DNA of 64,000 nucleotides from a virus: positions 96,001-160,000 of the IMG/VR virus record IMGVR_UViG_3300029319_000003. One strand, given 5' to 3'. Below the pieces are notes generated by a model that ran no database searches, was not told where the DNA came from, and saw only the letters and a list, made by a program, of their open reading frames with translations. Below, piece after piece: positions 62,851 to 64,000 of the stretch; the first letter of the stretch is position 1, and the number at the start of each line of letters is the position of its first letter. Position numbers and translations under genes: made by a program.

Positions 62851-63993
62851 CTATTTTGGGGTATCCTTGCAAAATGGTACGCCGCACTGATCGCTTGGAG
62901 CATGCAGAATGGTGCCAACTGCCGGTCCACCAGTTGCACCCGGTGCGGCGGCTTTGAAAATACCGTTAACTCCTGCGGCTCTATCAATATAATAAGTATA
63001 CAGCGCGACAAGATCGTATACATCAAAATAATCATTATTTGTCGGAGACGCTATTTTTGCCCAAAAATGTATAGTCTTTGTCTTGCCACCGGTGAACCTT
63101 CTAGGGTTTCCACTGCTTGCTAAGGTGTTCTGGAAGGATGCTGCATATGCTATCTCTGTGTTTCCGTTAACACCTTTCTTTGCTCCAATTGCACCCTGTG
63201 TAACATTGATAACTCCGTTACCAGCATTTGCAACAGTTAATTTACCAAAGTGTCCACCACCACCCCCGGTGAGATTATTAAGCGTAGAGTTGCTGACATT
63301 ACCACTAATTGTCTTATTGCCGTTTGTGCCGGCTGCGTCTTGTACAAGCACAACAACTCCAGCGGATGCGCCAACAGACGCCGTGATTGCCACTGCCGTC
63401 TGGGTGTTGATTACGGTCTTAATTCTGGTCGCCAATGCTGTAACGTCTGCGAGCCCAGATAATCCGATAATAAAATCACCATTCTGATCTACCGAACCGT
63501 CTGCGGTCTGAACACCGCCTTTAAAAACAAATCCCTTTGCAGTATTACCGGCATCAGTAAGAACGAATTTTTCATTGTTGTTTGGAAAGCCACTAAAAAC
63601 AACTGAGCCCCGTGCCTGCCCTTTTACTGCTGCTGCAAAATTTGCAGCGGTTCCAAGTTTAGTGGCGCATGCATTGAATTCATTATTGCTTCCGACGGCA
63701 GTACCATCGTTTTTAATTTTATATGTTACAGCGGTTTGTGTGCCGTTTGCCAGTGTAGAAGTTAAAGTTGCTGTACCGTTATTTGTTTGCTTATGCTTGG
63801 TCGCGTGAAAGGTGAACCCTGCTGAAGCGGCAGCGCCGACCGAGGGCTTCTTTTTCTTTGTGATTAGGTCTTGTAACCACACCAGAGATTCACCACTGAC
63901 ATATCCAGTGCCATCATCACCAGTCCAACTATTGCTTGCCTTCTGTTTCTTTGAGCCAAATCCAGCAGTAGAGCCGCACCCAGACGAAGCCAT
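62851..63993 (-). CDS. Virion protein with nested sheath-insert-like modules (380 aa)
   Basis: One module (GSVVFSGFPNN..LTGG) interrupts a second (NNGTATL..RFTGG). Confidence 0.6.
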   Translation of the reverse strand: MASSGCGSTAGFGSKKQKASNSWTGDDGTGYVSGESLVWLQDLITKKKKPSVGAAASAGFTFHATKHKQTNNGTATLTSTLANGTQTAVTYKIKNDGTAVGSNNEFNACATKLGTAANFAAAVKGQARGSVVFSGFPNNNEKFVLTDAGNTAKGFVFKGGVQTADGSVDQNGDFIIGLSGLADVTALATRIKTVINTQTAVAITASVGASAGVVVLVQDAAGTNGNKTISGNVSNSTLNNLTGGGGGHFGKLTVANAGNGVINVTQGAIGAKKGVNGNTEIAYAASFQNTLASSGNPRRFTGGKTKTIHFWAKIASPTNNDYFDVYDLVALYTYYIDRAAGVNGIFKAAAPGATGGPAVGTILHAPSDQCGVPFCKDTPK

Positions 63994-64000
63994 CGGCTTG

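Noticed and set aside
1-64000. Many short ORFs in the track antisense to or nested in the long minus-strand genes (e.g. 222-458, 10038-10457, 26781-27275, 53711-54307, 60745-61191)
   Set aside because: They are shadow ORFs of long coding genes, with no RBS, no recognisable motifs and atypical composition
1-64000. Stop-codon reassignment (alternative genetic code)
   Set aside because: Very long ORFs are intact in code 11, TAG (e.g. 2116), TGA (e.g. 55329) and TAA all terminate well-packed genes, and there is no suppressor tRNA in the window

Overview
A 64 kb slice of a large dsDNA tailed (myovirus/jumbo-type) bacteriophage genome, read in standard code 11 and almost entirely on the minus strand. 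From left to right: (i) a ~38 kb baseplate/tail structural block with gp6-like and gp25-like wedge proteins, tail-collar-like paralogs, a 4831-aa LamG-containing giant protein, a 2043-aa protein and a hub-type protein carrying two peptidoglycan-hydrolase-fold domains; (ii) a gp55-like late sigma factor, a four-glycosyltransferase + gmd cluster, a Cas4/RecB-like nuclease, an HExxH peptidase and PIN-PhoH; (iii) a dense RNA island (49.7-52.4 kb) with six CCA-encoded tRNAs, a tmRNA and two unassigned structured RNAs, interleaved with a protease, a J-domain protein and a Fis-like HTH; (iv) a ligase-HxGH-ParB fusion and several Cys-rich or module-bearing virion proteins. The most unusual observations are two tRNAs whose anticodons (GUC, UAU) sit on bodies with 24-25 nt variable arms, two candidate ncRNAs embedded in the tRNA array, a ~110-aa module reused across at least six virion proteins (once nested inside another copy), a Cys-to-Ala NlpC/P60 pseudo-enzyme, and a recurring CTAnTTA upstream motif. 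All family calls come from motif recognition by eye; no database searches or folding computations were run.
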